Source: an uncultured Gemmatimonadales bacterium
GTDB lineage: Bacteria > Gemmatimonadota > Gemmatimonadetes > Longimicrobiales > RSA9
Direction: 5' to 3'
Length of the DNA stretch: 64,000 nt
Assembly (NCBI GenBank): GCA_963741945.1
Contig: CAVUKA010000005.1
Location: 256,001 to 320,000 of the forward strand
Below are positions 49,399 to 58,915 of this stretch, piece by piece (position 1 is the first letter of the stretch; each line of letters opens with the position of its first letter). The notes under the pieces were generated by a model, which was not told where the DNA came from, made no database searches, and worked only from the letters and a program-made list of their open reading frames with translations. The position numbers and the translations under genes were made by a program.

Positions 49399-52338
49399 AT
49401 GCCACCTGCACGAGGTGCGAAGGCGCTGCTCTTCATCGTTGCCGCGCTCGTCCCCGCTGTTCTGTCCGCACAGAGCCCCACCACCGCCGCCCTCGAAGGG
49501 ACGGTGGCCGGCCCGGACGGCTCGCCGCTTTCCGACGTGGGTCTCACGCTCCGTCAGGTCGGCGCGAACACCGCGGTGCTCGGTCAAACGGGCATCGAGG
49601 GCGAGTTCGAGTTCCCGCTCCTCCCGCCGGGTCGATACGAGCTCCTGGTGGAGCAGCTCGGGTATCGGCCGGTCCTGGTGGGCCCGATCCCGCTGGGGCT
49701 CGATCATCGCGTGGGCATCGCCGTGGAGCTCAGGCCGGCCGAGGGTGTGGTGGAGGAGCCCGACCGGGTTCCCTTCATCGGCGCCGCGAGCGCGGGCTCG
49801 CGGGCGGGTCGGAGCGTCGCCTTCAGCGAATGGGAGCGGCGGGCGATCCCGTACGTGGACGGTGAAGCGGGCGAGCTGATGATGACGAGCACCGTGGGCG
49901 AGCCACCGCTGACGGTGGAAGGGCTGCCTGCGACACTGGGTGCGCTCACGATCGATGGCGTCGCGTTCCAGCCGCTCGAGCTGCCGGCACTGGCGGACCT
50001 GGGATCGATCCTCGTGCCCATCCTCGGTCTGGCCCAGGCCGAGCTGTTCGCCGGGCGACCCGATGTGGAATGGCCGAGCGCCGCGGGCGGCATACTGGCG
50101 ACGATGCTCAACACCGGCGGCGACCGTTCCTCCGGTCGGCTGGAAGGCGCCCTGGGGATGGATCCCCTGGCGATCGACGAGGTGACCTCCTCGTACACCA
50201 CGTGGCGCGGCGGAGCGAGCTTCGGGGGAGCGCTGGCCGGGGACAGCGCTCACGCCTGGTTCGGCGTTCAGGCCCTGCAGCGCGAGCAGCCGGTGTCCCG
50301 CGTCCCGGGATGGGCGGCCGACCTCCAGCTCGGGACGGGCGACGAGTTCGGATGGGTCGCAACGCCGATCAAGAAGCAGCACATCGAAGCGGCGGGGACG
50401 TTCGACTGGTCCCTCCCCCGCGGGCGCTACCTGCGCGTGAGCGCCGTTGTGGCCGACGCCCAGGATGACGTACCGGCCGTCGCCCCCGAAGGCGGTCGGA
50501 TCCCCGTCGCACGGGATGCCCGCGACATCATGACCGCCGCCACCATGCTCGCGCCGCTCTCCGATGAAGTGTCCGCGCAGTTCCATCTCGGATTCGGGAA
50601 CAGCACGCGGACGTACGAGGCGGCTGGCGGTGACACGACACCGTTCGGCGACGCGGCCGTGGTCGTCGCTTCCGTCCCGCTCCAGCTTTCCGGGAGTCAG
50701 GCGCTGCCCGCGGACCTGAAGCGGAGCGAGATCAACGGACAGGGGACCGTGTACTTTCAGTCCGGGGCCCACCGAGTGAAGCTGGGCGCCGGGTTCGCCG
50801 CCCGGTGGCACGACCGCACCGAGCTGTACGGCCGGACCGGGAGCTACCTGTTCGCGACCCCGGCCGATCTCAGGAACCGGCTCGGCGCGTTCCAGGGTAC
50901 GGCCGGTCCCGTTCCGGCCGCCACGTTCACCACGCAGGACTTCTTCGGCTACGCACAGGACACGTGGCAGCTCGCGCCGGGGTTCGATTTCACGACGGGC
51001 GCGCGCGTCGACATCGAGACGCTGCCGGCTTCCGGGCTGCTCAGGAACCGGCGCTGGTTCGAGCTGACCGGCATCGACAACACCGACATCTCCTCGGCCG
51101 CGACCACGTTCGGCGCGGTCGCCGCACTCAACTGGGACATCGAGAACCGCCACGAGTGGTTCATCCGGGGTGGCCTCACGCTCGTCGGCGGGGATGTCTC
51201 CCCGGCGCTCCTCGGCGAGGCGCTCACCTCGAACGGGCGCATATCGGCCCTCGGCGCGGTCGGGAACCTCGCGGACACCTCCCCCCGGGACCTCGGGCCC
51301 ATGCTCACCGTCCTTTCGGGGGACATCCAGCCGCCGCTCACCACGCGCGGGAGCATCGGCCTGAGTCGCGCCCTCGGCGCCTCCGCCGCCCTTCACCTCA
51401 GCGGTGTGCTGCGCCGGACGGAGAACCTGCCGCGGCGCCGCGACCTCAATCTCCTCGCCACCGCACCATACGCCGATCAGTACGACCGTCCGGTGTTCGG
51501 CAGCCTGGTGCGCCAGGGCAGCCTGCTCGCGGCCGAGCCGGGCAGCAACCGCAGGTTCTCGGAGTTCGATCGCGTCTTCGCCGTGCACACGGACGGCATC
51601 TCCACGTACTGGGGCCTCACGGCCGCCCTGGAGAAGAACGCCGGTGACCGGGTGAAGCTCACGGCTTCCTTCACGCATTCCGCAACCCGTGACGAATGGC
51701 CGGGTGCGGGCATGCTCCCCGGTGTGCAGGAGCTGCCGCCCTTCCCGGGCGTCGACGGCCTGGACGACTGGCAGGACGGGATCTCCGACCTGGACGCGCC
51801 CAATCGCGCCATGGCCGCGGTGGACGTGCGCCTCCCCGTGATCACCGGTGTTCACTTTGGCGCGCTGTACCGGATGGCTTCGGGCCTCCCGTTCACCCCC
51901 GGCTTCGGCAGCGCCGTGGACGCCAACGGCGATGGCGTGATCGGGAACGACCCCGCGTACGTCGATGACGCCCTTCCCGGAATGGACGACCTTCTCACAC
52001 GCTGGCCCTGCCTGCGCGAAAACGCCGGGCGCTTCGCCGAGCGGAACTCCTGCCGGCTCCCGACCCGCCGCTCCATCGATGCCTGGGTCACCGCCGCGCT
52101 GCCGGTCATGGAAGGCGTCCGCACCGAGCTGCGCCTGGAGGGGATCGATCTCTCACCACGAGGGCTGGGGATCTACGATACGGCGCTGTACGTCCTCGAT
52201 CCGAACGGATCGCTGACCGTCGACCCCGTGTCCGGGCGCGTCCACGTTCCGCTGGCCGTCAACTCGCACTTCCGGCAGGGTCAGCTCACCGACACGCAGC
52301 TGTCCCGGCTCCGCATTTCCCTGAGATTGTACTTCTGA
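49399..52338 (+). CDS. TonB-dependent receptor-like protein with an N-terminal carboxypeptidase-regulatory-like domain (Oar-like)
   Basis: Signal peptide; LPPGRYELLVEQLGY; YAQDTWQL...TGARVD; SGLPFTP; DANGDG; C-terminal LRLYF. Confidence 0.82.
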   Translation: MPPARGAKALLFIVAALVPAVLSAQSPTTAALEGTVAGPDGSPLSDVGLTLRQVGANTAVLGQTGIEGEFEFPLLPPGRYELLVEQLGYRPVLVGPIPLGLDHRVGIAVELRPAEGVVEEPDRVPFIGAASAGSRAGRSVAFSEWERRAIPYVDGEAGELMMTSTVGEPPLTVEGLPATLGALTIDGVAFQPLELPALADLGSILVPILGLAQAELFAGRPDVEWPSAAGGILATMLNTGGDRSSGRLEGALGMDPLAIDEVTSSYTTWRGGASFGGALAGDSAHAWFGVQALQREQPVSRVPGWAADLQLGTGDEFGWVATPIKKQHIEAAGTFDWSLPRGRYLRVSAVVADAQDDVPAVAPEGGRIPVARDARDIMTAATMLAPLSDEVSAQFHLGFGNSTRTYEAAGGDTTPFGDAAVVVASVPLQLSGSQALPADLKRSEINGQGTVYFQSGAHRVKLGAGFAARWHDRTELYGRTGSYLFATPADLRNRLGAFQGTAGPVPAATFTTQDFFGYAQDTWQLAPGFDFTTGARVDIETLPASGLLRNRRWFELTGIDNTDISSAATTFGAVAALNWDIENRHEWFIRGGLTLVGGDVSPALLGEALTSNGRISALGAVGNLADTSPRDLGPMLTVLSGDIQPPLTTRGSIGLSRALGASAALHLSGVLRRTENLPRRRDLNLLATAPYADQYDRPVFGSLVRQGSLLAAEPGSNRRFSEFDRVFAVHTDGISTYWGLTAALEKNAGDRVKLTASFTHSATRDEWPGAGMLPGVQELPPFPGVDGLDDWQDGISDLDAPNRAMAAVDVRLPVITGVHFGALYRMASGLPFTPGFGSAVDANGDGVIGNDPAYVDDALPGMDDLLTRWPCLRENAGRFAERNSCRLPTRRSIDAWVTAALPVMEGVRTELRLEGIDLSPRGLGIYDTALYVLDPNGSLTVDPVSGRVHVPLAVNSHFRQGQLTDTQLSRLRISLRLYF

Positions 52339-53930
52339 TGAGAACCACTCTGCTCCTTCTGATGACCCTCTCGCTGGCCGCACTCGCCGCCGCCTGCGGC
52401 CAGTCCCGTTCCGACTTCGTCGGGATCGACGCGAAGGGGACCGCCGTGGGGCTCGTGTGGGTGGACCGCAACGGGAATGGGACGCTGGACGGCAGTGACG
52501 GTCCGGTCCCGAACGTGACGGTGGAGCTCGCGCAGCGTGAGAACGGGAGGACCGAGGCCACCCGGTCGTCGGGCCCGAGCGGCGAGGTGATCTTCGATGG
52601 CATTCCCGTGGGCAACTACGTGGCCCGTGTGGCGGCGGCCGGAATCCCGGACACGCTGCGCCTCCTCCGCGTGGACTCCGCGAACGTGACCGTGACGTAC
52701 GGCGACACCGCCGCCTTCCTCGTCAGCCTCACGTTCCCCGCGCTTCCCATTGACTCGGCACGGCACCAGCCGCCGGAGACACGCGTCTTCATCGAGGGGC
52801 TGGCGCTCACCGGCTGGCGAACGTTCGCCGACTCCACCGTGCACGTGCGGGACTCCACGGGTGCGATCCGGGCCGTGCGCGTGCCGCCGGTGGCGGTAGC
52901 TACGGGCGACAGCGTCCGGCTGCTCGGCCGCATCGGGATCGACGCGGGCGCCCCCGTCCTCAAGGACGTGCAGGCCACGATCGTGCGCACCGCCGTCCGC
53001 ACCCCCGAAGCCATTCCGGTGAACGCCAGGACGGCCGCCGGCGCCGACAATGGCCGCCTCGATGCCGAGCTCGTCCACCTGGACAGCGTCGTGGTGCGCG
53101 ACACGGCCACGGACAACAGGGGGAACATGACCCTGACCGTCAACGACGGGTCGGGGAGCGTGAACGTGGTGCTGGACGCGGACGTGGGATTCCGCGTCTT
53201 CTTCCCGTCCTCCGTCCTCGGGTCCATCATGGACATCTCCGGCGTGCTCGTGCCCAGGGCGGCCGGCGAATGGGTGGTGAAGCCGCGCACGGCGGCCGAC
53301 GTGGTGGTCGGCCCGCTCTCGTATCCGCTCCTCACCATTGCCGCGGCCCGCGACCGGCCGGTGGGCACCCGCCTCCAGGTCGAAGGCACCGCGCTGAACA
53401 CCTGGTCGACCTTCGGCGACGCCATTCTCCACGTGCGCGACGCGACCGGCGCGATCCGTGCCTTCCAGGTGCCGGCCACCACCATTGCCAGCGGCGACAG
53501 TGTGCGCCTGGTCGGGACCGTCGACGTCGCCTACGGACAGCCCGTGCTGACGAACGTCCAGACCACGCTCCTCCACGCCGGGATCCAGCCCGCGCAGCCG
53601 AGCGACGTGGTCTCCACTCTCATGGCATCTACGGCGCGCTCCGGACAGCTGGATGCCGGGCTGGTCAGAGTGATGGGAGCCACCATCCAGGATACCGCCC
53701 GCACGGCGGGCGGGGACCGCGTCTTCATCGTGAACGACGGATCGGGGCCGCTCAGTGTGGTCCTCGATGCGCAGGTGCCGTTCTATCTCAGCTGGCCCGC
53801 GGATGGCAGCGGTCGGCCGGTGATCATCGGCACCCGGATCTCCGCCACCGGCCTCCTCGTTCCGGCGCCCCTCCCCGCGGGGAGCTGGATCCTGAAGCCA
53901 CGCGGAACTGCCGACATCACGATCCAGTAA
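52338..53930 (+). CDS. Lipoprotein with an SdrD-B-like domain and two 196-aa repeats of OB-fold-like domains
   Basis: AAAC lipobox; VDRNGNGTLD; repeats start at 52743 and 53331 (HVRDxTGAIR, GDSVRL, VNDGSG, KPR); TGATG overlap with the receptor gene. Confidence 0.8.
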   Translation: MRTTLLLLMTLSLAALAAACGQSRSDFVGIDAKGTAVGLVWVDRNGNGTLDGSDGPVPNVTVELAQRENGRTEATRSSGPSGEVIFDGIPVGNYVARVAAAGIPDTLRLLRVDSANVTVTYGDTAAFLVSLTFPALPIDSARHQPPETRVFIEGLALTGWRTFADSTVHVRDSTGAIRAVRVPPVAVATGDSVRLLGRIGIDAGAPVLKDVQATIVRTAVRTPEAIPVNARTAAGADNGRLDAELVHLDSVVVRDTATDNRGNMTLTVNDGSGSVNVVLDADVGFRVFFPSSVLGSIMDISGVLVPRAAGEWVVKPRTAADVVVGPLSYPLLTIAAARDRPVGTRLQVEGTALNTWSTFGDAILHVRDATGAIRAFQVPATTIASGDSVRLVGTVDVAYGQPVLTNVQTTLLHAGIQPAQPSDVVSTLMASTARSGQLDAGLVRVMGATIQDTARTAGGDRVFIVNDGSGPLSVVLDAQVPFYLSWPADGSGRPVIIGTRISATGLLVPAPLPAGSWILKPRGTADITIQ

Positions 53931-53976
53931 CCGCGCTCCAGTTCGTGCCACGGGGCCGGCGTGTTCCCTCGCGGGG

Positions 53977-55152
53977 TCACGCCGGCCCCGTCAGCACACC
54001 GGCGATCCGCTCCATCACGTCCAGGTCCACCCAGCGGTGCACCGGCACCGTGAACAGCTCCCTCGCCAGTGCGTCGGCGCCCGGCGTCCGCCGGGCCGTA
54101 CCGATCACGCCCGCGACTTCCGGCAGCGACGACAGCGCCCGCGGATAGCTCGGCAGCACCCCCACGCTCCGCCCGCCCCGAACCACCTCCTCCGCCGCCA
54201 CTCCCGGCTTGCGGACCGGAAGCCGAAGGTATCCGGGCACACCACCGCCGGGCGGCTGGGACGGGAGCCACAGCCCCGGAACCGCGGTCAGGCGGGCGCG
54301 GAGCACGGCCGCATTCCGGCGGCGCGCGGCCGCCTCCGCCGCCGAGGCCGCATCCGCCGCCATGACCGCCGCTGCCGCCGCTCGCCCCATCGCCCGCGCC
54401 GGGGACGGAGGCGCGAACCGGGTCTCCCCCAGCCCGAGCCACGGCAGCCGCGACGGGAGCCCGTACAGCACGGGACGCCCGAGCACCCCCTGCGCCGCCA
54501 GTCGCGCCAGCAGGACCACGGCGCCCCCGCGACGAGGCTGCGGGAGCGGGAGTGCTCTGGTCGCCGCACCGAACCCGTCCCGCGCCAGGAGCGCCCCGCC
54601 CCCGCCTCCCGTCCACCCCTTCCCGCGGCCGAAGCTCAGCACGCTAAGTGTGCCCAGGCTCCCGAGCGGCCGCCCACCCAGCGAGCCCCCGTGCCCCTGG
54701 GCGGCGTCCTCGATCAACACGGCGCCGCTCGCTTCCACCCGCGAGCGAAGATCCGGGATGTCCACGGGGATCCCGAACGCGTGGACCACCACCACCGCGG
54801 CCACGCCCCGGGCGAGCGCAGCGGTCAGCGACTCCGGCTCCGGCGCCAGCGTCTCCGGGGAGATGTCGTAGAACTCGAGACGCGCCCGGGCCGCCAGCCC
54901 GGCGGTGGCCACGTCGTAGCAGCTGTACGCGGGCAGCGCCACGCCGTTCTTCCCCGTTTCCCGGATGGCCAGCGAGAGGGCCACCTGGAGCGCGTGCGTG
55001 CCGGAGTCGCACAACATCACGGCGTCCGCCGCGAACCGCTCGAGAAGCAGCGCCTCGAGTTCGGCGCGCGGGCTGCCACGCCCCAGCGCAGCAGCGGCCG
55101 CGGCGGCGAGGGCGCCAGCGGGAACAGGCGAACTCACAGGAGGTAGCATCAT
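53977..55152 (-). CDS. DegT/DnrJ/EryC1/StrS family aminotransferase
   Basis: SGTHAL, IEDAAQG, SFGRGK, terminal TVPVH. Confidence 0.88.
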   Translation of the reverse strand: MMLPPVSSPVPAGALAAAAAAALGRGSPRAELEALLLERFAADAVMLCDSGTHALQVALSLAIRETGKNGVALPAYSCYDVATAGLAARARLEFYDISPETLAPEPESLTAALARGVAAVVVVHAFGIPVDIPDLRSRVEASGAVLIEDAAQGHGGSLGGRPLGSLGTLSVLSFGRGKGWTGGGGGALLARDGFGAATRALPLPQPRRGGAVVLLARLAAQGVLGRPVLYGLPSRLPWLGLGETRFAPPSPARAMGRAAAAAVMAADAASAAEAAARRRNAAVLRARLTAVPGLWLPSQPPGGGVPGYLRLPVRKPGVAAEEVVRGGRSVGVLPSYPRALSSLPEVAGVIGTARRTPGADALARELFTVPVHRWVDLDVMERIAGVLTGPA

Positions 55153-55215
55153 CGGTCCAAGGTGGGCGTACCACAGACCCTCGCGCAATTCCGCCCGCAT
55201 CCCCATCATTGCTCC

Positions 55216-56040
55216 ATGACCGATCACGCGCCGGGCGACGCGACCCCCCTCACCGTGCTCGCCGTGCTCGAGCACGACCCCGCGGGCGAAATCGTCCACC
55301 GCCTCCTCGTCGAGGAAGGGCTCCGGGTGGTGCGGCAACCCGTCTCGCACCTCGCCGACGCATGGAGCGCGGCACCCGGTGCCCACGCCGTCCTCCTGGA
55401 CGACAGAGCCGACCCCGCCGAGCTCCGGCAGGCGCTCGACCGCGGCGTCGTGGACAGCACCGCCCCCGTGTTCGTCGTCACCCGGCGACTGCCTGAGCCC
55501 GGCCGGTACACGGCGTGGCTCGAAGCGGGCGCGTGGGACATCGTCAAGATCCCCCTCGAATCCACCGCCCTGATCCTCCGCCTCCGCAACATCCTGCGCG
55601 CCCGCCGCACGCCGGAGCCCGTCCACGGCTGGCCCACCGTCCGCTACTCCCGCGACACCCTCGAGCGCGTGGCCGATGAGACCCTCGCCCTCGCACGCCG
55701 CCGACACCACCCCGTCCACTGCCTCGCGCTCCGACTCGAAGGCTGCAATCCTGCCGCGGGCGACCCCGCCGCACTCCTCGAGCGCCTCGCCGAAGTCTCC
55801 CGCTCCCTGCTCCGCGCCTCCGATGTCATCGGCCTCGGTGACCACGGCCCGCTTTTCATTCTCCTCCCCCAGGCCGACGGCGAGGCCGCTGCCGCTTCCG
55901 CGGCCCGCATCCGCTCGGCCCTCGCCAGCCGCCTCCGCGACTGGGGCGTCTCGGGCACCCTCGTGGCTGCCTCCGTCGGCTCCAGCCACGTCGCCACCGG
56001 CGAAGATCTCCTCGATGCCGCCCTCCGCGCCCTCGGCTGA
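55216..56040 (+). CDS. Receiver-like domain + degenerate GGDEF protein
   Basis: WLEAGAWDIVKIP...LRLRN; LLRASDVIGLGDHGPLFILLP. Confidence 0.7.
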   Translation: MTDHAPGDATPLTVLAVLEHDPAGEIVHRLLVEEGLRVVRQPVSHLADAWSAAPGAHAVLLDDRADPAELRQALDRGVVDSTAPVFVVTRRLPEPGRYTAWLEAGAWDIVKIPLESTALILRLRNILRARRTPEPVHGWPTVRYSRDTLERVADETLALARRRHHPVHCLALRLEGCNPAAGDPAALLERLAEVSRSLLRASDVIGLGDHGPLFILLPQADGEAAAASAARIRSALASRLRDWGVSGTLVAASVGSSHVATGEDLLDAALRALG

Positions 56041-56100
56041 CTCGTCGGTCCGTCGACACGATGACGGCCCGTCACGCCCCACGTCGTGCCCGCCGCGGGA

Positions 56101-56230
56101 TGTGGTGCGGCCGCAACACGATTGCGGTATCGCTGCGATACTTGACGGATACGCCCGCCGGCTCCAACACTGCCTGTGGCAACCCGCACAAGCATTACGG
56201 GGGACGTGCGCCGATAGCACGGAACGTGCT
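56101..56230 (+). promoter_or_regulatory. Putative enhancer sites and sigma-54-like promoter for the regulator operon
   Basis: TGTGG-N8-CAACA (56101-56118), degenerate second site (56123-56140), TAGCACGGAACGTGCT (56215-56230; AG in place of GG). Confidence 0.45.
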
Positions 56231-56312
56231 GGATGTAGCGACATCTAGGGCATAGAGTCACAATCACGCCTGATCAGGTTGCTGGGCGGGCGGAGCGTCC
56301 GGGAAACGCTTT

Positions 56313-57176
56313 TTGGCCAGAGCACCGATCGTACTCATCGTCAGCGAGCACGAGTGGGCATCGCGCTCACTCGACACCGTGCTCGGCCACCGCGGCTATG
56401 CCGTGCTCCGGGCGTATACCGGTGAGCTCGCGCTGGAGCGGGCCTCGGCGTCCAACCCGGACGCGGTCTTCATCGAGCACAATCTCCCGGACATGAGCGG
56501 CGCGGACCTGTGCCGCGAGCTGTTGGCGTCGGACGCCGTTTCGCCGGCCGCGCCGTTCATCGTCATGACCTCGGGGCCGATCACGCCCGAAGAGAGGATC
56601 GACGTGCTGCGGGCCGGGGCGTGGGAGGTGCTGGCCCTGCCGGTGGACGCGGAGGAGCTGGTGCTCCGGCTCGAGCGCTATGTGCGCGCGAAGCTGGAAG
56701 CGGACCGGGCGCAGGACCGTACGCTGCTGGACCCCGACACGGGGCTGTACACCCGCGCCGGCGTGCTTCAGCGCGCGCGGGAGCTGGCCGCGGCCGCCGC
56801 CCGTTACGGGCGCCCGATCGCCTGCATCGTGGTGGAGATGGCGGCATCGGAAGGCGAGCCGCGCGGAGACAGGGAGATCGAGGCCGATATCGCCACGCTC
56901 CTCCGCAGCTCGACCCGGCGCTCGGACATCCTGGGCCAGCTCGGACCCCACCAGTACGCGGTCCTGACGCCGGACACCCCGGAGCAGGGCGCCCGCGTCG
57001 CGGCCGAGCGACTCAGGCGCTCCACCGGCCCCCCGGCCGGTGCCGGCGCCCCCGGGACGGCCAGGACCGCCGTCTTCTCCATCTCGGATCTCGACATCGG
57101 AGGGCTCGATCCCGAGCAGTTCGTGCGCCGGGCCGCGGAGGCGCTCGGCGCCGATCCGGACACGCTGCTGAACTGA
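56313..57176 (+). CDS. Pseudo-receiver + degenerate GGDEF protein
   Basis: TTG start; FIEHNLPD (Glu at the phospho-Asp position); DPDTGLYT; RRSDILGQLGPHQY. Confidence 0.8.
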   Translation: MARAPIVLIVSEHEWASRSLDTVLGHRGYAVLRAYTGELALERASASNPDAVFIEHNLPDMSGADLCRELLASDAVSPAAPFIVMTSGPITPEERIDVLRAGAWEVLALPVDAEELVLRLERYVRAKLEADRAQDRTLLDPDTGLYTRAGVLQRARELAAAAARYGRPIACIVVEMAASEGEPRGDREIEADIATLLRSSTRRSDILGQLGPHQYAVLTPDTPEQGARVAAERLRRSTGPPAGAGAPGTARTAVFSISDLDIGGLDPEQFVRRAAEALGADPDTLLN

Positions 57177-57427
57177 CAGGCCGGCGGGGCCGGCCCCGTC
57201 GCGCCGGGCACGGACCGATTCCCCTTTCGCTCCCGCGTCCGCGGGAGCGGCATTGACTGGCGCCCTCGATCGCCTCTCCTGTTGATTTTCGCGGGCGGCG
57301 ATGGTATCTCTCGTGTCCGCCATCCTGCGGGAGCGGCGCTCGCCCGGGAGCGGCCCTCGCCACCGCATCGTGTGGCGCCGCTGCGCAGCGGACCGTCCCG
57401 GTGGCCCACGCAACTCGCCCCAGCTTT

Positions 57428-58915
57428 ATGCCGACACCCGCTTCAGCTTCCGGCTTCGCACCACTCACCCACGAGGATCGTGATTCCATTCGCATCCTCG
57501 TGGTGGACGACGAGGCCACGCTCCGGGACACGTGCGTCAACGTGTTGCGGATGCAGGGCTACTCCGTCTCGGCCGAGGGGCGTGGGGAGGACGCGCTGGA
57601 GACGATCCGGCGCCATGATTTCGACATCATGCTCATCGACCTCTACATGACCGGCGTGCCGGGCATCGAGCTGCTGAAAGCCGCGCTCAAGCGCCGCGCT
57701 GCCACGGTCGTGATCATGATGACCGGGAACCCCAGTGTGGAGTCCAACCTCGAGGTCCTGGGCGCCGGCGCCTGGGACTACCTGCCCAAGCCGTTCTCCG
57801 CCACTCACGTGGAAGTGCTCATCGGCCGCGCCGCGCACGCCGTTCGCGCGCACAAAGCCGACGGGGCAGCGGGTGGGGGAGGCACGGAGGCGGACGGGGA
57901 CAGCGACAGCAAGGTCATCGGGTCGTCGGCGGCCATCCGGTCCGTCCTGGAGCTCGCGCGCAAGGTGGCGCAGAGCAACGCCTCCGTGTTCATCACCGGC
58001 GAGAGCGGGAGCGGGAAGGAGCTCATCGCCAGCTACATCCATCGGCTGAGTCGCCGCGCGTCCAGGCCGCTCGTCGCCGTCAACTGCGCGGCGCTCCCCG
58101 AGCCGCTCCTGGAGTCGGAGATGTTCGGGCACGTGAAGGGATCCTTCACCGGCGCCGTGCGCGACAAGGAAGGGCTGTTCGAGATCGCCGACGGTGGGAC
58201 CCTCTTCCTCGACGAGCTCCCGGAAATGTCGGTGGCGATCCAGGCCAAGCTCCTGCGCGTGATCCAGGACGGCGTGCTCCGGCGCGTCGGCAGCACGTCG
58301 GCGGACGCCCACGTGGACGTGCGCATCATCGCCGCCACGAACCGCGACCCCAGGCAGGCGGTCCGCGACGGCGCGCTGCGCTCGGACCTCTACTATCGGC
58401 TGCGGGTGGTGCCGATCCATGTCCCGCCGCTCCGTGAGCGAGCGGAGGACATCCCCGAGCTCGCCGCCCATTTTCTCCTGGCATACTGGACGCGAGACTA
58501 CCCGCGCGAGGAGCCGCCCCGGTTCACGGATGGCGCCACGCAGGCGCTCCTGGAGTACCCCTGGCCTGGGAACGTGCGGGAGCTCCAGAACGTGGTCGAG
58601 CATACGGTGGTGCTGGCGGAGCCCGGTCAGGCCATCGAGGCATCCACGATCCCGTTCATGCATGACGCCGCCCCCGAAACCGGCGACGGCAATGCTCTTG
58701 CATCCATCCTCGAGAGCCTGCACGGCCGCTCGTACCACGAGGCGCGCGAGGCTCTGCTGTCGGAGTTCGAGCGCTCGTACTTGAGCTCACTGGTCACGCG
58801 GGCTGATGGCAACATGTCCAAGGCCGCGCGCATGGCGGGCGTCGACCGCACCACGCTGTACCGGCTGATCGACAAGCACGACCTTCAACGGGACAGCATT
58901 CTCCGAGAGAAGTAA
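57428..58915 (+). CDS. Sigma-54-dependent response regulator (NtrC family)
   Basis: Receiver; GESGSGKE, ESEMFGH, GSFTGA, LFLDE, DLYYRL, WPGNVREL; Fis-type HTH (GVDRTTLYRL). Confidence 0.96.
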   Translation: MPTPASASGFAPLTHEDRDSIRILVVDDEATLRDTCVNVLRMQGYSVSAEGRGEDALETIRRHDFDIMLIDLYMTGVPGIELLKAALKRRAATVVIMMTGNPSVESNLEVLGAGAWDYLPKPFSATHVEVLIGRAAHAVRAHKADGAAGGGGTEADGDSDSKVIGSSAAIRSVLELARKVAQSNASVFITGESGSGKELIASYIHRLSRRASRPLVAVNCAALPEPLLESEMFGHVKGSFTGAVRDKEGLFEIADGGTLFLDELPEMSVAIQAKLLRVIQDGVLRRVGSTSADAHVDVRIIAATNRDPRQAVRDGALRSDLYYRLRVVPIHVPPLRERAEDIPELAAHFLLAYWTRDYPREEPPRFTDGATQALLEYPWPGNVRELQNVVEHTVVLAEPGQAIEASTIPFMHDAAPETGDGNALASILESLHGRSYHEAREALLSEFERSYLSSLVTRADGNMSKAARMAGVDRTTLYRLIDKHDLQRDSILREK

